Origin: a virus
Lineage: Duplodnaviria > Caudoviricetes
Reading direction: 5' to 3' (one strand)
Virus record (IMG/VR): IMGVR_UViG_3300035501_000922
Length of the DNA: 64,000 nucleotides
Shown here piece after piece: positions 52,025-62,000 of this stretch. How positions within the stretch are numbered: position 1 is the first letter of the stretch; the number at the start of each line of letters is the position of its first letter. The notes under the pieces were generated by a model. It ran no database searches. It was not told the DNA's origin and saw only the letters and a list, made by a program, of their open reading frames with translations. The position numbers were made by a program, and so were the translations under genes.

Positions 52025-52696
52025 CTAATCATCTGTTGTTTCACTTTGTGCTTTTTTGCTACGTGTAGTTTTTTTCTTTTGGGGTTTCGGGGGTTCATGA
52101 GGTAATTTTCTCAGTTCTTCCATTAAATTTGCTATAAATGAGTCACCATTTTCTTGAAGGTAACGTTCATATCTGCGTTCAACTGCTTGTAGTACATATA
52201 CCTCAATATATCCCCGATATATCGCATTATAGTATTCAATTGTTATAAAAGAACAATTGCTTTCCTTGTCAGATTCAATCATCATAATAACATTGTCTCT
52301 GACAGCGTCAATCTTTAAATCGATTTGATCATTCTTTGATTCATAGCTTTCGAGTCTTTTAGACAATGCCCTATCATTTTCTTCGCTTGTTTGACGTATT
52401 TCCTGGACCGAGGATGAGACAGACTCAATTTTATTATTCAGTTCTGAAATATCTGAACGAATTTCGTCTTTCATATTTTTCACATCATCAGCTAAATTGA
52501 GCATTTGCGTTCTAAACTCAGCATCAGTTTCATCTGTCTGTGTTTTCTTAACAATCTCTAAATCGTGTTCTTCAATTTTTTTTCTTAACTTTTTATAACA
52601 CACAAGTATTGCACCGCCACAAACACAAATAACCGATACTGCTATTCCGAGTCCAGGAAGGATTGAATTTAAAAAGTTAACAAATGTACTTTCCAT
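52025..52696 (-). CDS. Single-TM coiled-coil membrane protein, holin-like
   Basis: N-terminal TM, coiled coil, C-terminal YERY..NGDS...LMEEL..LP motif common in Firmicute phage lysis cassettes; late promoter 52739..52750. Confidence 0.45.
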   Translation of the reverse strand: MESTFVNFLNSILPGLGIAVSVICVCGGAILVCYKKLRKKIEEHDLEIVKKTQTDETDAEFRTQMLNLADDVKNMKDEIRSDISELNNKIESVSSSVQEIRQTSEENDRALSKRLESYESKNDQIDLKIDAVRDNVIMMIESDKESNCSFITIEYYNAIYRGYIEVYVLQAVERRYERYLQENGDSFIANLMEELRKLPHEPPKPQKKKTTRSKKAQSETTDD

Positions 52697-52854
52697 AGTG
52701 GTTTAACCCCTTTCTCATTAAAAAAAAGATAATAGTATTATTAAATTGTTTTTAAGAGCTATAACAAATACATAAGAATTTTAGGTAATTTTCAACATTT
52801 TTGTCCTTCGTTTTAAAAATAGGATGCATTGACATAACTCAATGCATCCTATTT

Positions 52855-55479
52855 TTAATTTCTTTCAACATGAATAAAATTAGCTAATTCATATTTATGG
52901 TCTTTTTCATCATGGGAAAAATCTAAGTCAATAATATCAACTGGATATGATGAAAACATATCATTGTGAGTAATTAGAAAACTCTGTTCAGAGCCAATTC
53001 TCTCAATCTGGTTTTCAAGTATCTTAATAAACTTCTCTCTATTTTTTGTATCAAGTGGTCCATCTATTTCATCCAATAACATGATGTTATATTTGGATAA
53101 TGTTTGTGACGCAAGTCCAAATGACAATGCAATAGATAAAAAGCTGATTTCACCTTGAGATGCATACTTTACATCTCTAATTAATTTTCCTCTATTATAA
53201 AAAGGAATAGTAAATTCAGTTGGTGTGATTTTAAAGTTATCTATATAGATTTGACCATCATATGCTATGTCTAATAATTCATTTGTTATTTCTTCAGTAT
53301 TTCCAAGATAGCTTTTGATATAATAAAGAGACATACCTTTTTTAGATGATAAAGCTTCTTTTGTTAGTGTCATCTCATCAAATTTAACATAATAATTTTC
53401 AAGCTCTTTGTTTATCATATCATATTGAGTTAGTTTTGATGACAGCTCAGTAATCTTTTGATTAAGATTATCTATGGTCATTTTTGATTTATGAATTTCT
53501 AACTCTGTATTTTTAATAAGTTCACGATTTCGTCTGTATAACTCATACTCATCACTTAAAGTCTCAACTTCTTTTTCTATCTTATCATGAAGTTCAAATG
53601 TTTCCTTAAGCTCAGTATATGTTTCAAGACTATTTTCATATTCTTTATTTTTTTCAGTTAATGATGAAATTAACATCTTGAGTGATGATATCTTAGATTG
53701 GAACTCTTCAATTTGTTCTTTAGTATTTTCTATCTGCTCAGTTAAATATGACATATTTGAAATTCTTGAATATCTTTCAATATCCTTTTCAATAAAACTA
53801 CTGTTATCTTTAAGAGTAAGATAGTCATTATATTCTGTTACTAATGACATTAAATAGTTCATATCTTTTTCGTTATAAATTCTTTGCAGATTACCTATTG
53901 CATCATAAAGAGTATTAACAGAAAAAGAATTCTTTATATTATCAGGTAGTTTTTCGATTAATGATTTATATGGTGCAAAAGATAAAAGAACATCTCTTAT
54001 ATTCTTATATGCATATTCCATGTCTTTATAAAAAGAAAGGTCTTTCTTCTTTTCTTTTTCAACCTGATTAGTTTCTAGCAGATTTCCTACTTGTTTCCAT
54101 AATTGTCTAGCTTCACAGGTATCATTTGTACAACCATTAAAAACTGATGAAGATGAGAAATCAAAACGTTGGGAAACTGTTCTTAAAAATAACATTTGTG
54201 TATCTTCGCTTTCATCCATATTCATAATGTGTGTATTGATATACTGCATAGCATTACGATTTTCTTTTAATAAAGATATAATTTTCTTTATGGGTGATTT
54301 GCCAAATTCATAAGTTTTATCTAAAATCTGCTGTGTATTTTTTATAAAAACATAGAAATCATCAAATTCTGATTTAGTATAATCAGGGCTAAATCCACCA
54401 AGATTATCTTCAGCTTCACCAATCTTAACCGATAGCTTCCTGTGTTCTTCAAGCATATCATGAAGTTCTTTTTCACTTTTCTCTTCTTTATCATATTGGA
54501 CTTCAAAACTTCGTAATTGTTCTTGAAGCTGATTTAACATAGTTAAATGATTCTGAATAAGTATCTCAGATGATTCAATCTGAGTCTGTGCTTGGATGGA
54601 TAGCTTTTCTAGCTCTTGTATTTTTTCAGCGTAATACTCACTATCTGTAGATTCTAGCGACTCAGTATTTTCTAGTATCTTATTCATCTTATTCAGTTTC
54701 TTAACCGATGTTGAAAGTCTTTCTTTAAGAGTATCACAGTTCTCGATTTTAGAGATTTCAAATTCATATACTGAAATCAGTTTAGATAATTCACTATACT
54801 GCTCTTGCTGAAACTCTCTTTCAGATTCTAATAAATTAAGTTCATGAGTCACATCTTTTCTTTCAGTAATTCCTAATCTCTTGAGCTTATCTATATCATG
54901 AGAAATCATCTCTTTTAACTGATGTAGGTCATTATTTACTTTTTTATAGTAAGTTAAAAATATACCAATCTCATCAAGTAATTTACTCATGAATGTTTTT
55001 CTTTCAGTTTCTGATAAATCTATCATAGACGTTACATTACTGCCAATTCTAATAAGTTTCAAGTAATCAGGTTCTATACCCAATTCCTCTTTAATATATT
55101 CCTTGAACGACGTGACATTACCATTTACATTCAATTCATTATCATTTTTCATAATGTATGATTTAACACTATGGTTCTTATCTTTATGAGGAGTATAAAA
55201 ATGCTTAATGATATAATAATCATTATCATTTCGTATATGTATTTCTTTATATCCATCTTTATTTTCTAGTATCAGGTTTAAATTATCTCTCACATCGAGA
55301 TTTCCTAATCCTGCAAATGGATTTAATAAACTTAACAAACTGGTTTTGCCCGACCCGTTAGGTCCTATAAGCAAACATATTTTATTCATAGCTGTAGTAA
55401 AGTCAATTGTAATTTCATGAGAATTCATTGCATTACTTACAGCTGCAAAATTTCTTAGAATAATCTTTTCTATTTTCAT
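52855..55479 (-). CDS. sbcC: SbcC/Rad50-like SMC ATPase
   Basis: IILRNF, Walker A GPNGSGKT, long coiled coil with central CTNDTC, signature ASQGE, LLDEIDGPLD, ITH. Confidence 0.88.
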   Translation of the reverse strand: MKIEKIILRNFAAVSNAMNSHEITIDFTTAMNKICLLIGPNGSGKTSLLSLLNPFAGLGNLDVRDNLNLILENKDGYKEIHIRNDNDYYIIKHFYTPHKDKNHSVKSYIMKNDNELNVNGNVTSFKEYIKEELGIEPDYLKLIRIGSNVTSMIDLSETERKTFMSKLLDEIGIFLTYYKKVNNDLHQLKEMISHDIDKLKRLGITERKDVTHELNLLESEREFQQEQYSELSKLISVYEFEISKIENCDTLKERLSTSVKKLNKMNKILENTESLESTDSEYYAEKIQELEKLSIQAQTQIESSEILIQNHLTMLNQLQEQLRSFEVQYDKEEKSEKELHDMLEEHRKLSVKIGEAEDNLGGFSPDYTKSEFDDFYVFIKNTQQILDKTYEFGKSPIKKIISLLKENRNAMQYINTHIMNMDESEDTQMLFLRTVSQRFDFSSSSVFNGCTNDTCEARQLWKQVGNLLETNQVEKEKKKDLSFYKDMEYAYKNIRDVLLSFAPYKSLIEKLPDNIKNSFSVNTLYDAIGNLQRIYNEKDMNYLMSLVTEYNDYLTLKDNSSFIEKDIERYSRISNMSYLTEQIENTKEQIEEFQSKISSLKMLISSLTEKNKEYENSLETYTELKETFELHDKIEKEVETLSDEYELYRRNRELIKNTELEIHKSKMTIDNLNQKITELSSKLTQYDMINKELENYYVKFDEMTLTKEALSSKKGMSLYYIKSYLGNTEEITNELLDIAYDGQIYIDNFKITPTEFTIPFYNRGKLIRDVKYASQGEISFLSIALSFGLASQTLSKYNIMLLDEIDGPLDTKNREKFIKILENQIERIGSEQSFLITHNDMFSSYPVDIIDLDFSHDEKDHKYELANFIHVERN

Positions 55480-55864
55480 TTTTATCAAAACCTTTCTTGA
55501 GGGTTATTTTTACGTTATTACAAATATAAACATATAGATAACTATTCAATGAACGTAAACAATAAAAACTCCAAGTATAATGCTAGATTTCGCACTTGAA
55601 TTATAAGCTTAACTTAACAGATTTCCATTCTAGCTTTTGCTTGTTTACATAAATTAGCGTTTTTCATAACAATTCATATTACGCTTTTTACGCTTTGCTT
55701 TTTATTCAATGCCTGCCCTGAGAATAATTTTCGTCGTTAAATGCTATTTTAGCATCCTCCTAATCAACAAACAAATTTACAAAACGAATTGTTATGATTT
55801 TTCTATTAAGGCGTACCTCCGAATGAAATGTGCATATACCATTTTGGTATATGCACATTTCTTT

Positions 55865-57178
55865 TTATTTCAAGTTATAAATTGATTTAACCATATCATT
55901 TATGTACTCTACATTTACACATACAAGAATTCTATATGTATAAAATGGTGATTTATTATTAAAGTATATTGTCATTGTATTATAGTCAATTTTATAATCA
56001 GTACCCTCATGTATTAATTCACCTTGTCTACGAACTTTTATATCTAAAAATTCCAGTAATGGTAAGCCGTTATCAAGATGGTACTTAATATTTGCTCTAA
56101 TAGAATTATTAAGTAATTCATCAATGCAGATTGAATCGAATTCTTTTTCAAGTCTACATGATGCTTTGTTAAATAAATGCCAACCCGGACGTAGATTCAA
56201 ATCATCACGTGTTAAAACATCTGTAAATACAGGTATAACTTTACTTGATTCAGCATCAATCTTAGGAAGATTTAAATCATAGATATTATCAGAAAATACA
56301 TAATAAAAACCAGTACTGTAGAACTCAAGTTTTATTGAAAATGTAACTTGATATTGGTTCATTATATGCCCAACTTTTTCACCATCATCCCAGTTTAAAT
56401 CTGTAAATGTAGTATCAATATGTGTTGGATAATATCTATAAAACTCCCTAGTTCCTGTACTTCCCTGTAGTTTATATGTAACAGGTGTTTGGCAATTCTG
56501 CTCTAAATACTGTAGAAATTCTCTTGTGGAGTTTTCCTTATCAAATAAAGGTTTACCGGTAATATCTGATATAATCTTCAGCATTTCTTGCGGAATATAA
56601 CTTTCAAGGAATGTAGGAACAAACTTTGAGCTATTCCACGGAAGTGCATTTTGTAAGTAATGGACGTAATCAATCTGGTTCATTAATGTAGCAAATATCA
56701 TTATAACATCAACGTACATTACTGAACGATTCTGTTGATACTTAATCATTAAATCATTTTGAGGGTCTTCAAAAAATGGTTGTAAATTAGTTGTACCCCA
56801 TGTATTATAAATATCATATTGTCTTTCAATAAGTGAAGTTCCTTTTAAAAATCTATCTTCATCCATACCTGCAATTCTTGGACGAAAAATAATCATCGGT
56901 TTACTTTTCTTCAAAAACTCATGGTCAGTACTTCTAATCTGTCTATGTGCAATCTTTGAATTAACATGAACCGTTTTAAAAAGGTCATCAGGCATTAAGT
57001 CCAAAACATACTTTTGTATCCATGCTAATACGTTGCCATATGTATGTGACATACTTGTCATCATTGTAACATACCTTTTATCTTTTTGCTTTCTATTTTG
57101 AATAGTAGATGCATCTACCATTTGTGAATATTTTTTAGCACGTTCTTTTTCTAATTGGTCTCTTTGGTATCTATACAT
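55865..57178 (-). CDS. Hypothetical late protein, possibly virion
   Basis: Late promoter 57207..57218; EGTDY.I beta module near C-terminus; terminator 55826..55860. Confidence 0.6.
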   Translation of the reverse strand: MYRYQRDQLEKERAKKYSQMVDASTIQNRKQKDKRYVTMMTSMSHTYGNVLAWIQKYVLDLMPDDLFKTVHVNSKIAHRQIRSTDHEFLKKSKPMIIFRPRIAGMDEDRFLKGTSLIERQYDIYNTWGTTNLQPFFEDPQNDLMIKYQQNRSVMYVDVIMIFATLMNQIDYVHYLQNALPWNSSKFVPTFLESYIPQEMLKIISDITGKPLFDKENSTREFLQYLEQNCQTPVTYKLQGSTGTREFYRYYPTHIDTTFTDLNWDDGEKVGHIMNQYQVTFSIKLEFYSTGFYYVFSDNIYDLNLPKIDAESSKVIPVFTDVLTRDDLNLRPGWHLFNKASCRLEKEFDSICIDELLNNSIRANIKYHLDNGLPLLEFLDIKVRRQGELIHEGTDYKIDYNTMTIYFNNKSPFYTYRILVCVNVEYINDMVKSIYNLK

Positions 57179-57268
57179 ATAATTATTCACCTCATCATCT
57201 GTATGTTAGTACTTTGTTTTTTATTAAAAATAACACAATTTATTAAATATTAAAAGGAGTGAAAAGTA

Positions 57269-57901
57269 ATGAAAAAGAAAATTATTTGTGTGGTGGGAGA
57301 ATCTGGTGCTGGGAAAGACACTATAGTAAATAATGCAATACAACTATCAAAAAAAGAGTATAAGAATATGAGGTTAAAACCGATTGTTTCTTATACGACA
57401 CGCCCAAAGAGAGAACGTGAAACTGATGGTGTTGAGCATTATTTTATAAGTACTGAAAAAGCACATGAACTTCTCACTACTCAACAGATTATAGCATATA
57501 CCAAAATACACGATAAAACATCAGGTGTGGAGGGTTTTGAATATTTTGCTACAATTGAAAATATTGGTGACTCTAATATCTACATTATAGACCCAAATGG
57601 TATAGCTTATTTAATGAAGTATGTACGGTCTGGAGATATAGATATATCTATTATCTATATACACGTACCATCATTTATTAGAAAGCTTAGGTCAATGAAA
57701 AGACATGATGACCCTGTAGCATATAAAAACAGAGTTATGAACGAAAAGAGGCAATTCAAAACATTCAGAAAAGCAATCCGTTGTGGAGCATACAAAAATG
57801 CGCATGTTTTACTGAATATTTCTGGAATGCAGAATAAAGTTACTAGACGTTTTTGTGCAATAGCAAAAAAATTCTTAGAGGAGGATACAGAAAATGTATG
57901 A
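57269..57901 (+). CDS. gmk: Guanylate kinase-like nucleotide kinase
   Basis: GESGAGKDT, SYTTRPKRERETDGVEHYFIS, IIDPNG. Confidence 0.88.
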   Translation: MKKKIICVVGESGAGKDTIVNNAIQLSKKEYKNMRLKPIVSYTTRPKRERETDGVEHYFISTEKAHELLTTQQIIAYTKIHDKTSGVEGFEYFATIENIGDSNIYIIDPNGIAYLMKYVRSGDIDISIIYIHVPSFIRKLRSMKRHDDPVAYKNRVMNEKRQFKTFRKAIRCGAYKNAHVLLNISGMQNKVTRRFCAIAKKFLEEDTENV

Positions 57902-58346
57902 CAGCTACGACGACACTATGAAACATATCAGAATCGTTCGGGATGTATTTGATAATACAATCATTCCTGAATTAGAAACCCGAAAAAGAGACCATGACAT
58001 TTCAAAACTTCAACCCCCTGAAAAGGAAACGTATGATAAATACATTCCTTTATTGCAGGAAGTGAAGTATGGTACACCTGAGTATAATGAAATCAAAGAT
58101 AAGATGGCTGCAGAAGGAACTGCACATCACTATGAGGTAAACAGACATCATCCTGAACATTTTGAAAACGGAATTAGAGATATGACGTTAATAGATGTAA
58201 TTGAGATGTTTGTAGATTGGTACTCTGCCAGTAAACGTTCTGATACTGGATTTGAAGAAGGTCTTAACAATAATAAAACTAGATTTGATATGCCCGATGA
58301 ACTATATCAAATTATGGTAAATACTTATAACGAGTATTTTAAATAA
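57894..58346 (+). CDS. HD-like protein (DUF5662-type)
   Basis: HDISK, HHYEVNRHHPEHF, MTLIDVIEMFVDW; overlaps gmk stop. Confidence 0.7.
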   Translation: MYDSYDDTMKHIRIVRDVFDNTIIPELETRKRDHDISKLQPPEKETYDKYIPLLQEVKYGTPEYNEIKDKMAAEGTAHHYEVNRHHPEHFENGIRDMTLIDVIEMFVDWYSASKRSDTGFEEGLNNNKTRFDMPDELYQIMVNTYNEYFK

Positions 58347-58384
58347 AAAAATAAGGTGAGTGATTAATTTCACTCACCTTATTT

Positions 58385-59407
58385 TTAATCATACTTTCCT
58401 TTATTAATCATCTTCATCACGAACTTGTGAATTTTCTTATCGTTGATAATAAAATCAGCATACACAAGTGCACGAATTCCGATGGAGAGATAAAGGTCGT
58501 CGTTTACATTACTGTAGTTTGTCATTATTAGAGGTTCTGCAGTATTAAATGCTTTATACATACTTGGTCTCTTTTTATACTTATGCTCGATAAGAATTGA
58601 ACTACCAAGCTCCTCTATAAGTCGTATCAAATCATGTTCTCTTGTTGCTCCCTCGATATATTCAAACGATGGGATATTCTCTAAGTCTAAATCATTTGTT
58701 GATAGCATATATGCAATTCGTAGTAACGAATATATCACCATGTCATCAGACATAAAGTCCTCTGTTAGAATATTAGCAGGATGAACACCTGTGCGCAATT
58801 CTGTGATTGCTGCATATATGGTTTTATTAAGTTTCTTCGAATTAACCTTCTTTTTCAGATACGATGAATGCATGAGATTTTTCATTAATATATTACTATA
58901 GTCATTTCCGTTAATCATGCATAAACAAAGTCTCTGAATGTCAGCGAGTAAATCTTTTAGATAAAAATAACTATGCTCGTATGGACCAAACTTATTATGA
59001 CTTTTATAATATCGGTTCATACTTATCTTTTCAAGACTACACATTATATCCTGAAGATATGCCGTCAGAAAACGACATTTAAAAATCAATGTGTTCATTT
59101 CATACTTGTTATTCTTCTCCCATTCCAAATCACTAAGTTCTGTGAATTCGATATTTTTGGGTCCTATTGGTCCTGACACAGTACCATACGTTTCAGATGT
59201 TGAGAAATATGCATCTGGGTCAATACCATTAATAACGGTAATTAACTTTGCAATATACGACTGCGCCTCAGCACAAGCAACACCAAATACTTGCTCAGGT
59301 TCAGAATAAGCATCATGTTTCTTAACCTTTACACCTAAGTATTTGTCACACTTGTTAACTTCTTTCGTTAAACTCTCTTCATCAAAACTAAATTTTAGTC
59401 TTCTCAT
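58385..59407 (-). CDS. Hypothetical early protein (start MRRLK, 59407)
   Basis: RBS GAAAGGA, promoter variant TTATACATCAT 59454..59464, flanked by hairpins 58348..58385 and 59476..59511. Confidence 0.7.
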   Translation of the reverse strand: MRRLKFSFDEESLTKEVNKCDKYLGVKVKKHDAYSEPEQVFGVACAEAQSYIAKLITVINGIDPDAYFSTSETYGTVSGPIGPKNIEFTELSDLEWEKNNKYEMNTLIFKCRFLTAYLQDIMCSLEKISMNRYYKSHNKFGPYEHSYFYLKDLLADIQRLCLCMINGNDYSNILMKNLMHSSYLKKKVNSKKLNKTIYAAITELRTGVHPANILTEDFMSDDMVIYSLLRIAYMLSTNDLDLENIPSFEYIEGATREHDLIRLIEELGSSILIEHKYKKRPSMYKAFNTAEPLIMTNYSNVNDDLYLSIGIRALVYADFIINDKKIHKFVMKMINKGKYD

Positions 59408-59475
59408 TTTTACATCAGTCCTTTCTATTTTAGAAACGAGTTTATTCAAAGGAATGATGTATAAGTTCAATAAAA

Positions 59476-59511
59476 GAATGTATTGGTAACTAATTAGTTA
59501 CCAATACATTC
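59476..59511. terminator. 36-bp perfect palindrome / terminator
   Basis: GAATGTATTGGTAACTAA|TTAGTTACCAATACATTC. Confidence 0.8.
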
Positions 59512-59522
59512 ATATATGTTTA

Positions 59523-61172
59523 TTAGCTAACATCTACACTCGAATCCATCCAAAGACATGAATAACCCGGATTAGATTCACTTATAACGATAGCATCAAG
59601 ACCATCGAGTTTAGTCTTATCAGCAGCCGACATTAAGCCCGCTTTTGAAGTTGTAGCATTTGAATAAGTTGTATTCTGATAGTATACTACTCCATCAATA
59701 ATGGGTGATGCAGTATAACCACTTGTAGTACTTACAGTTGATGTTGTCTTAACACCACCAAGTGTAGTAGACGCAGTTGGTAATACGTAGTTATTAGCAC
59801 CTTCTGCTATACTATCTAATTTCTTTTTATCTGCAGCTGACATTAAACCATCAGCTGATGTTGTTGCATCTGTATATGTAGTATCTGTAAATACTGCATT
59901 TGCAGGTACACTTGTAGCAATGGTATAACCACTATCTTTTACAGTGTAACCATCTGAACCCCATGTAACAACATGGTCTGCTGTAGTGCCAGATGCGAGA
60001 CCTTTTACCTGTTTGTTATTAGTTACATTTCCGAGTCCAATATTAGCAGGAGTAATGTTTACATTACCAGTTCTGTACGACGATTCGGAATTACCCTTAA
60101 CGCCTGTAACGGCATCAGTATTGTCAATCTTCTGCCAACCAACACCTGTAGAAATAACCCAGTCACCCGTGTTAATATCTAAACTAGCGAATGTACTAGA
60201 TGCAGTAGCAATATAGTAAATTCCTTCATTAGCTGTATAGCCGGTAGTATCTGCAGTATTATTCGTAAGTGTGATTGTCGATGATGTTGTATTTAATTTT
60301 GATTTCGCATTATTTGTTAATGTTGCGGTTGTTCCAGATAATGTACCACCATATACCATTTGACCAAGCATATAGTCAGGTAAATAAGCAGTATTAATCT
60401 TATTATTGGCAATAAGACTATTTGTACCATCCGGTGATTTATTAACGTAAGTACTTGATGCTGTTCCGGGTGTGAGATAATCAGTATCTGCTGTTAACGC
60501 ATCCTGTTTTGCATTCCACTTAGTTCTTTCATCTGCAGTAATGTGTATAGTTGTGTTTCCAGTATGTGTAGTTAAATCTGAGCTAGATGCTTTAGCATTT
60601 AACTGGGTTTGTACATTAACCGTTACACCAGATAAGTAATTAATTTCTGTTGCTGTAGCAGTAATATCTGTTAAATCCGAAACTGTATGAGTATGAGTTT
60701 TTGCAGCTTTACCATTTAATAAATCAGTTAACTCTTTCTGTCTGATAGTACCATCTGTATTTGTTCCAGTACCAGTATAAAGTTTAACAATTCCTGCAGT
60801 GGTATCAGTTGCTGCTGATGTAGTTGGTAATGTTAATGTTTTAGTAGTTCCATCACCATAAGTGTATGTAATAACATTACTATTATTACTTAAACCTTTA
60901 ATATACGTTGTTGCAATAGTCTGATTTTTACTGTCTTTTGTTGCAGCTTCTGCTAACGTATCATGGTCTTTAAATGCTAACGCACCAAGATTATTTAAAA
61001 TTCCTGATAATTTACTAACCCCAGTAGGTAATTTATTACTGGTTACATTATCAGAAAAAATGATATCATCACTCGTACTTGTTGGATATAATATGTTAAC
61101 AACCTCGTTGTTGGATGAATCAACAACAAGTTTTTTCATTAGAACATGATATTCATTCGTTGTAGTTGCCAT
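59523..61172 (-). CDS. Tail fibre protein
   Basis: Thr-rich; LGALAFKD, HTHTVSDL, HITADERTKWN, GLMSAADK x2, YVLPTAS..LGGVK fibre repeats. Confidence 0.85.
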   Translation of the reverse strand: MATTTNEYHVLMKKLVVDSSNNEVVNILYPTSTSDDIIFSDNVTSNKLPTGVSKLSGILNNLGALAFKDHDTLAEAATKDSKNQTIATTYIKGLSNNSNVITYTYGDGTTKTLTLPTTSAATDTTAGIVKLYTGTGTNTDGTIRQKELTDLLNGKAAKTHTHTVSDLTDITATATEINYLSGVTVNVQTQLNAKASSSDLTTHTGNTTIHITADERTKWNAKQDALTADTDYLTPGTASSTYVNKSPDGTNSLIANNKINTAYLPDYMLGQMVYGGTLSGTTATLTNNAKSKLNTTSSTITLTNNTADTTGYTANEGIYYIATASSTFASLDINTGDWVISTGVGWQKIDNTDAVTGVKGNSESSYRTGNVNITPANIGLGNVTNNKQVKGLASGTTADHVVTWGSDGYTVKDSGYTIATSVPANAVFTDTTYTDATTSADGLMSAADKKKLDSIAEGANNYVLPTASTTLGGVKTTSTVSTTSGYTASPIIDGVVYYQNTTYSNATTSKAGLMSAADKTKLDGLDAIVISESNPGYSCLWMDSSVDVS

Positions 61173-61229
61173 ATATCTTACCTTCTTTCTTATAGGCTTT
61201 TTTAAATAACTGTACTCTGAAAATCAACA

Positions 61230-61691
61230 CTAAAAAAGTTTATAGTCTTTATACTCTTCATTAAAGAATATATATCGTAGTTCATCATCGACTATAATTG
61301 CAATAAAGGAAATAAAAAACCATAATACTGAAAAGTAAAGACAAATTTGACCGTTAAGATTAAAAGGTAAATCTGAATAGTCCCAAACATTCCAACCCAA
61401 TCTTATGTTTACAATATAACCAGTTATATATTCTAATACAGTAATTATTACTGCACTTATGGACATTTGCTTTACTAATGACAAATCCCATGAATACCAG
61501 TTATTTAAACCACCGACAAGAACACCACTTAAGCCGCCTAATATAAACATAGATATATTTGAGTATCCCCTATATGTGAGTTCTATCAAAATATAAATCG
61601 AACCATCTATAATAAACAACGTTAAGTATTTTACAATGGTCAATAATATAAAACGAATTATTCTTGAAGTTTTACTTTCATCTTTTAGCAT
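61230..61691 (-). CDS. Four-TM membrane protein, CmpB/TMEM229-like putative permease family
   Basis: IELTYRGYS..SMF..GG, LEYITG, WDYSDLPFNLNGQICL. Confidence 0.75.
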   Translation of the reverse strand: MLKDESKTSRIIRFILLTIVKYLTLFIIDGSIYILIELTYRGYSNISMFILGGLSGVLVGGLNNWYSWDLSLVKQMSISAVIITVLEYITGYIVNIRLGWNVWDYSDLPFNLNGQICLYFSVLWFFISFIAIIVDDELRYIFFNEEYKDYKLF

Positions 61692-61762
61692 AACTTATCA
61701 CCCTTTCGAAAAGAAAAAAGATGATATGATGAAATTAATCATCATATCATCTTACATAATTC

Positions 61763-61951
61763 TTACTCTACAGGCTCAACGATTTCGGGCGTAACAGTGT
61801 TTTCTGCAGACGCCTGCGGATCCTCAGGACTCTGAAGAATCTTAACAGCATCCACTATCATGTTAGCGTTCGAAACACCAACGATAGTCACCTGATCGAG
61901 TAATCTCAGTACCTGATTGATACTTTCAATCTTGTATTCTACGGTATCCAT
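61763..61951 (-). CDS. Small tail-module protein
   Basis: ATG after AAAGGGG; terminator 61720..61753. Confidence 0.65.
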   Translation of the reverse strand: MDTVEYKIESINQVLRLLDQVTIVGVSNANMIVDAVKILQSPEDPQASAENTVTPEIVEPVE

Positions 61952-62000
61952 TTTTAAAACCCCTTTCAGATTTTTATGTAAGTGTATATGCAATTAATTT

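Noticed and set aside
55490-55825. Unannotated gene behind the GGAGG motifs on the minus strand
   Set aside because: All frames close within about 20 codons; kept only as a non-coding motif finding.
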